Source of the DNA: Podarcis bocagei
Taxonomy: Eukaryota
Strand: one strand, 5' to 3'
Assembly: GCA_964188305.1 (NCBI GenBank)
Contig: OZ076889.1
DNA: 64,000 nt
In this document: positions 13,806 to 26,436 of the stretch, one piece after another
How positions within the stretch are numbered: the stretch's first letter is position 1
Layout of the letters: every line of letters starts with the position of its first letter
The notes under the pieces: generated by a model
What the model was told of the DNA's origin: nothing
What the model saw: only the letters and a program-made list of their open reading frames with translations
Database searches by the model: none
Translations under genes and position numbers: made by a program

Positions 13806-14120
13806 GGCCCAGTATACCTGAAGGAACGTCTCCACCCCCACTGCTCTGCATGGACACTGAGGTCCAGCACAGGGGGCCTTCTGCCTGGTTCCCTCGCTGT
13901 GAGAAGCCAAGTTACAGGGAACTAGGCAGAGGGCCTTCTTGGTGGTGGCGCCCACCCTGTGGAACACCCTCCCATCAGATGTCAAGGAAATAAACAACTA
14001 TCTGACTTTTAGAATACATATGAAGGAAGCCCTATTTAGGGAAGCTTTTAATATTTGATGAATTATTGTATTTTAATATTTTGCTGCAAGCCTCCCAGAG
14101 TGGCTGGGGAAAGCCAGCCA
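13806..14120 (+). mobile_element. L2-clade LINE 3' end, relatively young, running into the N gap
   Basis: Encodes GPVYLKERLHPH...RAFLVVAPTLWNTLPSDVKEINNYLTFR...ALFREAF*, the ORF2 C-terminal motif, followed by 3' UTR. Confidence 0.88.
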
Positions 14121-14269
14121 NNNNNNNNNNNNNNNNNNNNNNNNNNNNNNNNNNNNNNNNNNNNNNNNNNNNNNNNNNNNNNNNNNNNNNNNNNNNNNNN
14201 NNNNNNNNNNNNNNNNNNNNNNNNNNNNNNNNNNNNNNNNNNNNNNNNNNNNNNNNNNNNNNNNNNNNN
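14121..14269. other. N gap (149 nt) at the LINE tail
   Basis: Directly follows the L2 3' UTR, where a simple-repeat tail is expected. Confidence 0.8.
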
Positions 14270-14641
14270 ACTCTACTCACCTCTGTATTGCCATGAGGAA
14301 GAAACTGCAAATACTGAATCTCAAAGCATTGTATTTTAACCTTCAGCCCCACTTCCCGCTCCCTAAGGGAATGAAAGCTACAAAGGACCAATGGGACCTT
14401 TGCACAGCCAGAATTCTTTATGTGTGCCACAGGAAGTGGAAGCGCGGGGGAAACAGGAGCTTGTGTATGATTTACCTTCCAATCTCTTTCTTAAGCCTAT
14501 TAACCCCTTCATAGTACATGAGTGGCTAATAAGAATATGAAATGGATACCAGTCCCAGCAATACGTCTTCCCTTTCCTTCTGTCTACCAGATTCCATCCG
14601 ATCATTTTCCACACATGTGGCAAGTGCCTCTCCACTCTCAC

Positions 14642-14730
14642 CTGGCCTGGAATGCAGCCCACGTTGCAGGATTATTGTAAGACATGCCCTGCCTTTAATC
14701 CCTTCTTCTCTAGTCTTGCTCTAGTATTGA
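14642..14730 (-). other. Candidate 89-nt stop-containing (poison) cassette exon in the ERI3 intron
   Basis: cctgac-ccttcctcccccgcag|TCAATA...GGCCAG|gtgaga. After the phase-0 exon at 25876 it reads SILEQD*. Confidence 0.35.
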
Positions 14731-17017
14731 CTGCGGGGGAGGAAGGGTCAGGTGCGAGGTCAAGCTTGTCTCTTTCAACACTGGTACGCGACAAGCATTC
14801 CAGCCTCACAGCCGATTTCAAGATACACTGAAATCCAGCAAAGTAACCAGGAGGAAAACAAGGAGTTCTATAAGAGACTATGGGGCTGGGGCAGGGCGAG
14901 GGCGTGAGTAGGAAGCTAGGACTGTTGACATCTACATGAATACCATCTAACTTTGGACTGGTGTCTCCTGAGGTCTGGCACTTGGCATCTAAGAGATAAT
15001 GACGGTGTCGGGCCACGCCAAAGAATTATATATCCATATACACAAGCGTACAAGAGAAAACATTTTTAGAGTTAGTATGCGCCCTTACATTCCCATGGAG
15101 GCTATACTTTGCAGCTGTGCTTAAAAAGTGATGCTGCACAAAATCCCTCCACATCTGAGAAGCTAATGACAAGAGGTATGGAACTGTACACTAACGTATC
15201 AGCACAAGACACCACAAATCTGCAGTTCCTGGTTCTTTTGCATTTTGGGTCATACATTCAGCATATGGGTATTTTGACCAGCAGGTGGTCTTTATGATAG
15301 TGCAAAAACATTTATGTGGGAGTCCACATCTTTTTCCAGAGTTTAGAGGTCTAGTTGTTTACTGACACAACAAGTACCATTTTCTAGACAAAGAAAACTA
15401 ACAGAACCATGGTATTTTAATTGCATACTTTTTCAGCAGCAATTTACCCACAGCATTTTTGTAGTCTTCCTGCCACAGGCTCCATTATGACTCTTCTTGA
15501 GTTGGTGGTCTATAAAAGATCAGACTTACAAAAATGTTGGTCTGTTTCAGCACCCTAGACTCTCACAATCTTGTCTCAGAAAGCGGCTGTCTCATACACA
15601 CTGACCCCTACATTGTTGGTGTTCATAAGCAATATCTAGTATCTAGTGTGTCTCATAGCAAGTAGACAGCTCTTGCTTGATCTATTGGCAACTCTTGTAG
15701 CAGCTGCCCTGCATGCGATATGATGCAGTTTGGACATGGGCAGCTTCACAACAGGGTTTTATATTACAAGAGTCCCTAGTCCTTCTTCCCCAGTTGGGCG
15801 GATTAAAATGAACTTTTAACATGGCTTTTTTGAGTGGGGGTCAAGGTTAACTAATTTATGAAATACTCTTTGCCACTCTGAAAAGTTTATGGTGGATTGA
15901 AATGGATATGATTTGGAAGCAAAACATGATTTGAAAAGTATATTCATTTTTACTGCTATGAGGCAGCCTAGACAAGGAAGACCCAACTCACCCCAAGTTC
16001 AAAGATATTTTTCTCTCTCCCCAACCCCATTAGCAGAATATGATTGACCCTTAATATATCCTAATCTTCTAATGAGATCTGAATATATAAGGTCTGAAAT
16101 AGGGTTTAATTTTACTCATTTGTTTACTCATTTATTCATTTTATAAACCTGATTTGAATTAGGTCACTAATTTGAGCCCCAGGATTTTGGTTTGCTCTGT
16201 TGAAACCTATAACCTTTTCAATTTTTCTTTCTTTCTTAATATATTTCAGATATGAACCTTACTGGCAAGGCATCACATAGTATTACCTGTAAAGAGGCCT
16301 GTTTGTTTGACAGTATCCCAGCCAATTCCATCTTTACAGATGCAAACTACAGAGCACAAGGTCTAAATAAAATTTCAGAAATAGTCATATAAGATGTCTA
16401 AGCTCATACGTCCCTTCACTGTGGCACTGTGCAGCAACAGCATTCAAGTAAGTATAACAGGAAGAGGTCTACATTCAATTAGCCTAAGAAGCACCACACT
16501 AACCATCACAGACAAGACCAGATGGCAACTAGCAGGACTGTAAGCACACAGAACAAATGCTCAGGCAAAGTAAAGGAAAGCTGGCTGAAAAAAGCACTGC
16601 GTCAACTACTATACTGTTTGCTGTCAAAATACATTGTTTTAAGTTTCAGAACTTCAATAAATAATGATTGGGGGGGGGGAAACATTGTGGGAAATGTACC
16701 CAGAAAGTCGGGGCCTTGGATGATGCAATACATTAGCACATCTGATGCATGGCTCACATAAGACCAAATTTTCAGGTTTGGGTCAGGCCAGGCCAGGCAT
16801 CGGCGATATATAGCTTAACATGCTGTGCTTTTCTGGTTAATGATCTGGATGGAAGCTAGTCTGATATGTGAATGTGCCTAACTAGGGATTTGCTTTCCCC
16901 AGGGTTAATAACCACATGAGGATTAATTGGGAAAACTCTTTTCTTTCTTAATCCAAATAGCAAATTTATGATAACAGAATCAAGTATGACTCTAGGGTGG
17001 TTTGAGCAGGAGCTAAA

Positions 17018-17020
<3 letters not shown>

Positions 17021-17059
<39 letters not shown>
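17021..17059. repeat. (CT)n microsatellite
   Basis: Direct reading. Confidence 0.97.
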
Positions 17060-17061
<2 letters not shown>

Positions 17062-17559
17062 CCTCCCCCACCCCGGGGTTCATTGGATCTCCTAAGTGGC
17101 CTTAGACCAGCCACTTTTTCTCAGTTTCAGCCCTCCACCACCAACAATGCAGGGAATCTACGTTGCTGGAATCTTAGTTATCCCTACATTACTAAAATAT
17201 TAGCAATACTATTTTTAAAAAATCAGCATGAAAAAGATATAAAGTGAACAGCTGCCACCCACTTACAAATCTGCACAGAGATTCAGCCAACCTAGCCAAT
17301 GATCCAACACAGTAGGCAAAGGCAACTGGGACTTTTGCAAATTCCACATTCTCTTGCTGTTCCTAAGACATCTATCAATCAACAGTCTTTTGTGGTACAT
17401 GAGAATATCCCCACAGGAACTACTACCTGACATAAGTATGAAGATCTGTCACCAGTGCCTTGTTCAGCTGGTATAGAATTGAATTCATGTATGTTTGCCC
17501 CAAAAGTTGTAATAATCCTACAACTATTTTCTTAATATGCCCAAGGCCTATGTAATTAT

Positions 17560-17965
17560 CATTTACTATCATCCAAGAGGTTTGAGTGGCTTACAAATAA
17601 CAATTTAAATGGTCACCAATAACTTAATACAAATCATGACTATAAACCCAAAATTATATAACAGAGTGTAAAAGGACATTTGAAAAACCAACAACCAGGA
17701 TACCATAAGAAGATAGTAATTCAAATGTAAGTTTAACTTTAAAAACCTCAACACTTTTAACTTGGCCAATGAAAACCTTTCAAAAATGTTAAAAACATAC
17801 AAAATTGGGTTCCAGGAGGCTTGGTGACCATCAAGCCACACCTGGGAACTTCCTGAACTGACCTGGTGGGCAGGTGTTACTTTTAGTACCCTATCCCTAA
17901 CTAATGTTAAGGGCTTTGGGGAAAGAGACATTCCTCAGGCAACTAGGACCCCAAATAATGTCTAG
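17560..17965 (-). mobile_element. Old L2-like LINE 3' fragment
   Basis: Reverse-oriented tail (gagtggcttacaa plus A-rich tract) and degenerate ORF2 end (ttcctcaggcaactaggacc). Confidence 0.55.
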
Positions 17966-18379
17966 AGATAGCACAAATTCATCCCAATAATTCTCATTCA
18001 AAATTCCTGGAAAACTACTACAGGCAGTTGAACAATTTTTGTTGAAGGGAGAAATGCACATCACCACTGAGATTTGGCATTCAAAGCTCACCTTTCCCCA
18101 CCATAAATCCAACACTGATTTATAAATTTATGTTTACACATCCAAGTTAAGAATCAAGTAGATCCCTTGTGGAGTACACTGCAGCAGGATAGAGGGGACC
18201 CAGTATCTTTAAGGCCTTTCCTGGATGCCCTTTCCGTCTCCAATGACTACCCGCTAGCTCTCTCCCTTTGATTTAAGAGTTCCTCTCGTGGCCCTGACAG
18301 TAAGGTATTTCTGTCCCACAGATTATAACTCACTCTGGGCTATTATTCAACTCCCAAGCCCTGGCCCTGCTGCATTTAG

Positions 18380-18600
18380 TCCAAACATAATATCCTTCAT
18401 GCATATATTATCTGTCTCCCTATTATCTGGAATCATTTCGGAATTAAATTTCAGTCCTGCAATATTGGCTCGAAGAGCGGCTCGCTTTATGGGCTAGTCA
18501 AAGGTTAGAATACCAATCAAAATAACATTGCCGATGCAGCGAGACATTTTAATATTCCAAAACCCGGTAATTGTAAAAGGACATAATATTTTTTCCCTGA
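18380..18600. promoter_or_regulatory. Candidate conserved non-coding element or enhancer
   Basis: AT-rich but CpG-retaining, non-repetitive, TTTATGG at 18486-18492 and several TAAT cores. Confidence 0.55.
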
Positions 18601-19289
18601 TTACCCCAAAGGCAACACATGTTAACAAGGCGAGGGAGAGAGTGAAAGGATTTCCAGAGTTCAAGACAGCTGTGTGACAGATTTAAAGGCAAAGTAGTAG
18701 AAAGCTGGCCCCATGCAGCCTTCCAGGAGGGAGGGAGGAAGAAGCACACCTGCCCCTATTGATCAGATCAATGAACCCAGTGTCTCTCTCTCTCTGCGAT
18801 TGGCTAGTTACCAGTATCATTTGAGCTATCACATGACTGTCAAGCTGATCGCATGCACTTCGGAAAGCTGCTGGGCTAAAGGAATAGTCATTACATAAGA
18901 TAACAACCCACAAAATGGCACAATGAAAAATACTAATTCAAGTCCAGCAAGTGATGTTAGTTAGAAAGCAGGCAATAAGATAACCATGGCAAGCGCGTGT
19001 TATGATTTCTGTCAGCAACAACAACAAACATTCTGACCCTACTCCTGTAGTCCCTTTAGTTTTTAGGATCAGCCTCTGAATTAGGCATATGTTTTAATGT
19101 TAAGCAAATGCTTCAGATCAAAAGTTGATTATTATTTCCACTATCTGGGTCACTTTGGGCCTTCAGTAAATTTATGTGAACCTAATGTCACTCCTGTTTG
19201 ACCAGACAAACGATCCACCTAGCCCTGTGTCCCATCCTTGACAAAAGCCAAATAAAGATGCTTCAAGAAATATATAGCAGCAGTCCATT

Positions 19290-19625
19290 CTTGGTCATCC
19301 ACTCCCAATCACCAGTTTTAAAGTTTAGAGACATCCTAAATATTAGAATAGATGCCCTGAGCATGCTAATAAAGAGCTATTGATATTCTTATCTTCCATT
19401 AATTCGTCTAAGGGGTTTTATTATTATTGCCCAGCTGTACTGATAGCAGAGACTTCCACAAATAAACTGAGGGTTATGTGAAAATAGTTTATGTGCTTGT
19501 TTTAAACCTGCTGCTTGTTAATTTCATTGGAGGTTCACTGGTTGCAGTAACTACTTGAAAGGGTAAAAGGTCTGTTTCCTGGCTACTCTTTCTACTCCAC
19601 TCACGGTTTTATATACTTCTGCTTA
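19290..19625 (-). mobile_element. Old CR1 LINE 3' fragment
   Basis: Reverse-complement similarity to the CR1 end at 26735-27245. Confidence 0.6.
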
Positions 19626-19731
19626 GAAAAGTAATAGATAAGAGTGGGTATTACGGGAAAGTCCAGATATTTAACCCTTCCTCTTATATGTAAGATAGTG
19701 CATACCTTGATGATTTTTTTCTGCTCGTCTT

Positions 19732-19951
19732 GAGGTGGAATCCAATGCTGCAGAAACAGCCTTCAACTTGTGGAACAGCACTTCACCTTTTGCTCCCTCA
19801 CACACCCACAAAATTTACTCCTTGGGATCCCACACCTTCTAAAACAGATTTTGAGGGCATGTGGAGGGCTGTAGGAAGGAGAAGGCCATGTCCCATTATG
19901 TGAACACAAGTTCATTCTGCTTGCACCCAGACAGCACTGAATATAACCCTC
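19732..19951. mobile_element. Palindromic MITE (GGGTTGTATTCAA-like ends)
   Basis: Imperfect TIRs gaggtggaatccaatgctg / cagcactgaatataaccctc. Shares the aacagattttgagggc core with other copies. Confidence 0.65.
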
Positions 19952-19964
19952 TATTCCTCTTCTC

Positions 19965-20480
19965 AATTACTTGGGTCTTCCTTTCCCCCCTTTTTGAAGA
20001 TGGGGACAACATTTGCCTGCCTCCAATCTGTAGGGACCTCACCTGTTCTCCAATAATTCTCAAAGATAATAGACAAAGGCTCTGAAATTACATCCACAAA
20101 CTCCTTTAGTATCCTTGGATACAGCTCATTAGGCTCTGGACATCTGAATTCATTTTAAATAGCTAGGTGTTCCCTTACTACCTCTTTTCCTATCTTGGGC
20201 TACAGCTCCCTCATTACATCATTCTGTTATCACCAGGTTGGGCATCGCTTTCCTTTTGGGTGAAGACAGAGGCAAAGTAGGTGTTGAGTAGTTCCGCCTT
20301 TTCTCTGTCACCCAATAGCATTTCTCCATGTTCCTCACACAGAAGATCTACCACTTGCTTGCTCTTACTTCGGACATAGCCAAAGAAATCTTTTTTTATT
20401 ATTTTTAACCTCTCTTGCAAGCCTGAGCTCATTCTGAGCTTTAGCCAGCCTGAATTTCCCCAATGTGCCAATGTGCAATT
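19965..20480 (-). mobile_element. CR1 LINE ORF2 fragment (linker and start of RT), disrupted
   Basis: FFGYVRSK...GDREKAELLNTYFASVFTQK and YPRILKEFVDVISEPLSIIFE...GEVPTDWRQANVVPIFKKG, with stops and frameshifts. Confidence 0.92.
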
Positions 20481-20509
20481 CATCCATGTAGCCTACACAC
20501 TGTGCTAAG

Positions 20510-20510
<1 letters not shown>

Positions 20511-20553
<43 letters not shown>
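20511..20553. repeat. (CA)n microsatellite
   Basis: Direct reading. Confidence 0.97.
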
Positions 20554-20555
<2 letters not shown>

Positions 20556-23500
20556 AGCAGAAAGAAAACAATGTCAGTTAATATTAACAATAAGAATACT
20601 CCATAAAATATAATTTAAACATATGGATTAATATAAAATGCCCATATGTCCGAACAGATATCCAAACTAGACTGGCAATTATAAGATATATGTTCAAATG
20701 TAAAAAAGGCAGTATGATCTTCAGATCACTGAGTAATGACTGGTGGGTCTTTAACCTTCCAATCTTGAATACAAATCTCTTTGCAACTATAGGGGGTCAA
20801 AGGATTGACTTTTGTTGTACATCTGTTAGTTACCACATCACAGGAATATAATTTAGAAGTGCATAAGTATCAAAAAATATCAAGGCTTTTTCCAAAGAAA
20901 AGTAAATACGAACAACAATTTCTGACCAAAAAGGCACCACAGGACGCACCCTCATCATAAAGCTAAAAGAAGTATTATCAGCATTACATCACCAGGATGT
21001 ATCTGAATGGCTTAGCTGTATATCACTAAGGTTTTAACAGATCAGTGAACCACACAATTGTGCAGAGCATGAATGCAATTCATCAATGAGGTTGCTGGAC
21101 TAGAGTCTACATGTGATAAAAATGCATTTGGTTCTGTGTTTGGTACTAAAGTTGAAATTGGCAACACTGCACCATCATCGTGTGACATACCAGATGGACT
21201 CTGGCCCAGCAACCTCATTAGCTAATGCACCCATATGCTCACAGATATACATATACACAGTTATTCATACACCCATAAGGTTTATGAGGTACAATGCATG
21301 CAACATTGCACCCCTGCTTCCTGCCTTCTGCCACAGTGGAGACCCAAACAGCACAGATTGCCCAGGATGACAATAAAAGCTATTTTGCTTTGTTTCCATG
21401 AGAGCATCCCTTTTGCTCCTTGTTAAGTCTTAATCAAAGTTATTTTATTACACAGCCTAAGGAGCTGCACCTTCTTGTTGGGCAACTACTGCTACTAATC
21501 GTTTATATAGTACCATCAATGCTCATGGCATATTCCAGATCAAAGTGAGAGAGATGGATCCCTGTTCTAAAGAGTTTACAGCATAAGATTCAGTGGTAAA
21601 ATGCAGCTGTCTGACCCAACTGAGCGGAAGTCTTAGCAGACAGATATTTGGAGATGGGTGCTTTGGTACATACCTACATATGGCCTCCTTCCTCCTTGTA
21701 ACTATGAGGGAGCAAGAGTTTTGTGGTTACAGGCCCTCAGTGTCCAAAAGACAAATTGAAATGCATGTTATATTTAAGCCTTGCAGCATACCAAATTGCT
21801 CTTCTGGAGTAAGCTTTCCCCAAGCCACTGCTTTATTCATATGTGTCTACCCTTTCCCCATAGACCCTCTACAGTTCCAGCATTTGTCAGTCCCACTACT
21901 GCTCCCTCCATCCTGGCCTGCAAGCACCCTTAGCTCTTCCAAACTTGGACATTACCATCTGAGAAACAGTATCCTTCTTAAAATACCTTAATTCTGATCC
22001 ACAGCACCTCTGCTGCTCATAAAGACAGCTTTTGACAGCAGCAGAAGGGAAGCCAGTCAACAGCACTCAACCACTATCTCAATGGCTGCCCATTGAGAAG
22101 GTTTAAGGGGAGATCTGATATATAAGAACATTCTAATAAAATCCATATCCCCCGGTAGCCCCCGCCAATACAGATCTAGTCAAGGCAAAGAGCACAATAA
22201 ACTCCCTGCCCTAAGTCCTAACTAAACTGACAGTTCATGAAGGATACAAGATCGCTCAGTGACATTAAAAATGTCAGCAAGAGGCCGATGCGGTTTGGCA
22301 GACGGGAAGCATTTGCAGGCAGGGGAAAGTAAAACTTGTGACAACGCATCCAGCTATAAGCAGGGCTTGTTCTCATCGCTGCTGATTTCTGCCCACCCTA
22401 AGGTCTTGCATTTATCCAGCCCTTGCATCTATGTATAAGGCTATTGTTAAACTATACAGGGCGGGGGGGGGGACCTATTACATTCAACCTGTTTCTGAAC
22501 TTGCAACGAAGTCTAAGAATGCCTTCCAATTCCCACCGGAGTGGCTTTCCTAGCTTACACATCCAAGATGGCTTACTGGAAGTACTTGTCAGCTAATGGT
22601 GGGAAGCTGGACAGATCTTCTGCCTGCAACAGCAGTTGTTATCAGCAGGACACTCAAGGCTACAAGGCATGAATCAGCTTCCTGCCGGTTCCAACTTGGA
22701 CAATAGAAAACAATGAAGAGAGAAGATGCAGGTGGTCTGGCTTCAACTGAAAGGAGCTCACCAACACAATGTGCTCCGATTAGATGAGGGGAACAGCTTG
22801 GGCATTTTTGCTTTGCTTCTTTGCAGATACACAGTCTAGTGTCCTTTAAAAAAGGTACCGTGCCTCCTTTCCAACCCATGTAGTAAGACTATCTTCTGCT
22901 GTTTACTATGCACGCATGCCTGTAGCCTGTGATATAGATAAAAAAGACTGTGCTGACCTAACTACCCACACTAGTCTCTAACATGGTATCCTCATGCACA
23001 ACAGAATCAAGCTATGTGTCTGTTACAAATGCAGCTAAGTGTGTCTAGTTCCAGGGTTATGACTAAGCTTACTAAGGCAGAACCTATCACTGAGTACTCA
23101 CCACTTATTCCATCCTATCCTCATTAAGATGTAATGATAAGCCATAGCTTATCTTAACCATGGTTTGTTGAACAAGCAAGAAATTGGCTCACAACAAGCC
23201 CTCTGTCTTCTCTGTGCATTATCTGTGTTATCATCTATGATTGGCTATACAGAACACACGTTTTCTCCTCCTTTGAATTTTTCAGCCACTCTCTCTGAAG
23301 CTCCCCCACTTCCCCCATTCTTAGACACAACCCACAGAGGCTTGCTACCATCTTTTCCTCTCAGACCTCCTGTACAAAAGGGTATCTTGCTACTGGTGTT
23401 CTGCTTACAGTCCAGTTGGCTTTTTTAACCAAATTTGCTAGCACATCAAAAAGACAATTCATCTGTGTGAAAGAGATATGTGAAACTTCTCCATTTGACA

Positions 23501-25875
23501 CTCAACTTTCCAGCACCAGCTCTAAAGTATATCTCTTACCTGCTCCCCCATCTTTAGTATTCCAACCTCCTGTCAAATGTATGAGGGAAGATTTTTGCCA
23601 TTTATTCTTATCTGATGAACCAGCAAACCCAGATGACTCCTACCCCATTTTACTTCTGACCTGTAAATTAGCAACTCGACTCCCCAACTATGAGCCATGT
23701 AAAAAGAACTATCTTACTATGGACAGGTTGTATCAGCAAACACCAGCTTCTATTGCACACCTGAAGACAGCTGAGGTCAGAGGACCAATCTCTGACTTCC
23801 ACCCCTCCTCAGACTCTGCCTTTACCACCTGTACCCCCTCATCCAATTATAATACAAGTTTTGGTTCTTTGTTTATTTGTTTGATCAGTTGAAGCAAGAA
23901 AAATACATTAAAACCATCTGAAAATCCTGCCAGCAACCGATCAGTATCAAGGACCTAATATGGGGCAGTAGTTAACCAAGTTTGACCAAGTTCATCAAGT
24001 TATTTAATTTCAATGGGTCTACTCTAAATAAAACTTAGCTGAATACCACCTGTTATTTCTAAAGTGCTGTGAATTTTTTTTTGCCTAGGGTTGGAGATTT
24101 TTCAAGCTTGAGGCTGAAACACTCCTGTCTCTAGGCAGTTTGGAAAACATGGGGGCTGAGCACTTAGACCATTTCTGCTCTTTCCACATTTTGCAGAACA
24201 AGTGAGCTTCTATTTCCTTCTGACAAAGCCAAGTATGGGTCACCACACTTGACAAGAGAGTGAGTGGTTTTCTAAGTGATGTTAACCCTGATCTTGTCTG
24301 TTTTATCTACATGAGCCCTGATCTCTACTGCTCTACTGATCCTCTGTCCTGGGGTTTCATGCTGCTCCCATTCCTGCCATACTGAAGCATCATGAATTCT
24401 GATCAAACATCAGCACCATGAAGCTATTCCCTGAAAGAGACATAAAATTTCCCTCTGCCTGCATGTCAAAATGGATTATACATAATAAAGAAAGCAGGCT
24501 TCTAACAGTCTGAACCCGATAGCCCAAAATGATAGCAAAAAAGACATAATGTATTGTCCCAAGGGCAGGAGGTGCAACACAGCTAAGGGTTTCAGCCAGC
24601 TAATATCAAACATCACCACGCAGAGCGATTTGACTTTTTTGTATGTCCATCAACCTGCTGGTTATATCACTGCTATCCATTCACCAGAAGTTTAGTGAAC
24701 TTCAAATGGCGATCATTAATGGTCACTGAACTGCACAACGCCCCAATGTGCTTTCAGATTGCATTTGCAAAAGCCCAGCAATAAGGCAAGAGATTTGCTC
24801 TGACAGCAGGAAACCCTTGTCAAGCTCAGTGAGGAACATGCTGCCAGCCTCCCCCTTGTTACATTCAGGCCCTACCCTGATTTGACAGAACAGAAAATGC
24901 TTTTTAATTTTTTAAAAAACTATTACCATTCAGAATGCCACTCTTGCTTTCACTTTATTTATTTTTTAAAAATAGGCAAAACAAAATAAGAAGAGCCAAA
25001 TTACACGAGCATTTCATAAAGCAAGCTCCTACATATGGTTTGAAAATACAAAGCTGTTGAATTCAGTGGCACCACTCATGCCATTCATTAACAGAATACA
25101 GGAACTGCTTAAAGCATTGTAACATTTCCTTGCACAACACTGGGTTTGACTTTTTTGCACCAATTGCCTGTATCCACTACCTAACTGTCTCCTTATCAAC
25201 ACGGGGGTTGGGGGGACGGCCTTTTCCATGTATGCAATTCTCTTGTATGCCGGGGGAGGGGGGGTCTCTAGAGAAATACAAAATGCCTGAGTAGTTAATC
25301 CATTAGGTTTGAACAAACGAGAGAGGTATCTGTGCTTAAAGCTCCGGTGGTCATACTGCTAAGCAGTTTGGGTCACGTAATTTGGATCAGGGGAGTTATT
25401 GTTTTAAAGGTTTGTACAAAGCAGAAAGTCTTAAGCAGGTTATTTTTCTGTGCACTTTCTAGACCTTTAGCACTGAGAAACAGCTGGCTAATATTCACTG
25501 GCGGGCAGGGGGAGGTGAGAGGGAGAGAGACTTAGAAGCCCCGGTGGGGGGTGGAGCAGACTTGGATATGCTCCAGCTGACCCAGCCTTTCCCAGAGAGA
25601 TGCTGAGTTATTATGCATAGAGGTGCTATGTTAGGGTGGCCACAATGGGATTCTCCTCAGCCGCAGACCATATTCCATCAAGTACAGTAAGACTCTATTA
25701 GGGGAGATACAATAGGAACTTCGCTTCACCCGGCCTCTGAGAAAATAACTCCTCATTTCAATGCAAAACAGCCATGCTTATTAAATACCTCCTTGAAGGA
25801 GCCAAGGAAGGGAGAAGGGGAAATGAAGAGGCAGCCAAGGGGTGGTGGGGAAAGGGAGATTTGCAATGAAAGTAC

Positions 25876-25948
25876 CTTTTTGAGATTAATCCACTGTTTG
25901 AAGTAATCAGCAACTGGAAGCCCTAAGTATTGGCATTGTCCAGGTAAC
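25876..25948 (-). CDS. ERI3: ERI3 coding exon (probably exon 7), 73 nt, phase 2/0: (M)LPGQCQYLGLPVADYFKQWINLKK
   Basis: Branch-like CTAAC, tract ctctcctctcttacag|G, donor AAG|gtactt. The first G completes the ATG split from the previous exon. Visible inside ORF 25753..25983. Confidence 0.96.
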
Positions 25949-26436
25949 CTGTAAGAGAGGAGAGAGAACAGGTTAGATTCCATTGGAGGAGCCTGACATC
26001 ACAAAATAAACTTTATTAAACACTTCTGGTTTTGAGAAAGAGGATAGAATAAAATGCTCTAGCCTGCATTTCAGAATGGTCCCACACATTTGACAGAGGC
26101 CACTCAAACACAGGAGCCCAACCCAAACCCAAGCTTGGGATAGCTAGACAACAGGCATTATACATCCAAGATGCTAGACATTTTCATTGAGGACTTAGAA
26201 GTTGGCAATACGTCGCCCAAATTTCACATGCAACCCATGAACATAGCAATCATTTTTAAAAGGTGTGTAGGCCTGGTTAGATAAAACTAGTGGTTCTTCA
26301 ACTAGTGGTTAGTTCCATAAGAAGATTAGCAAAGTAGCTCAGTATGTTCTGGTGAGCCCGTGGGCATATGACTTTAGGCACATGCCTTTCTTTGGTTGTC
26401 CCCACCTATGTTCATGCACTCAACAACAGTCAACTG

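Noticed and set aside
23416-23892. 158-aa plus-strand ORF
   Set aside because: Non-ATG start, no recognisable domain, no splice context and antisense to ERI3. Consistent with chance.
1-25875. Next ERI3 exon (expected to resemble AYSFAMG...HSGID)
   Set aside because: Not found by eye on the minus strand. It probably lies left of the window, though it could in principle fall in an N gap.
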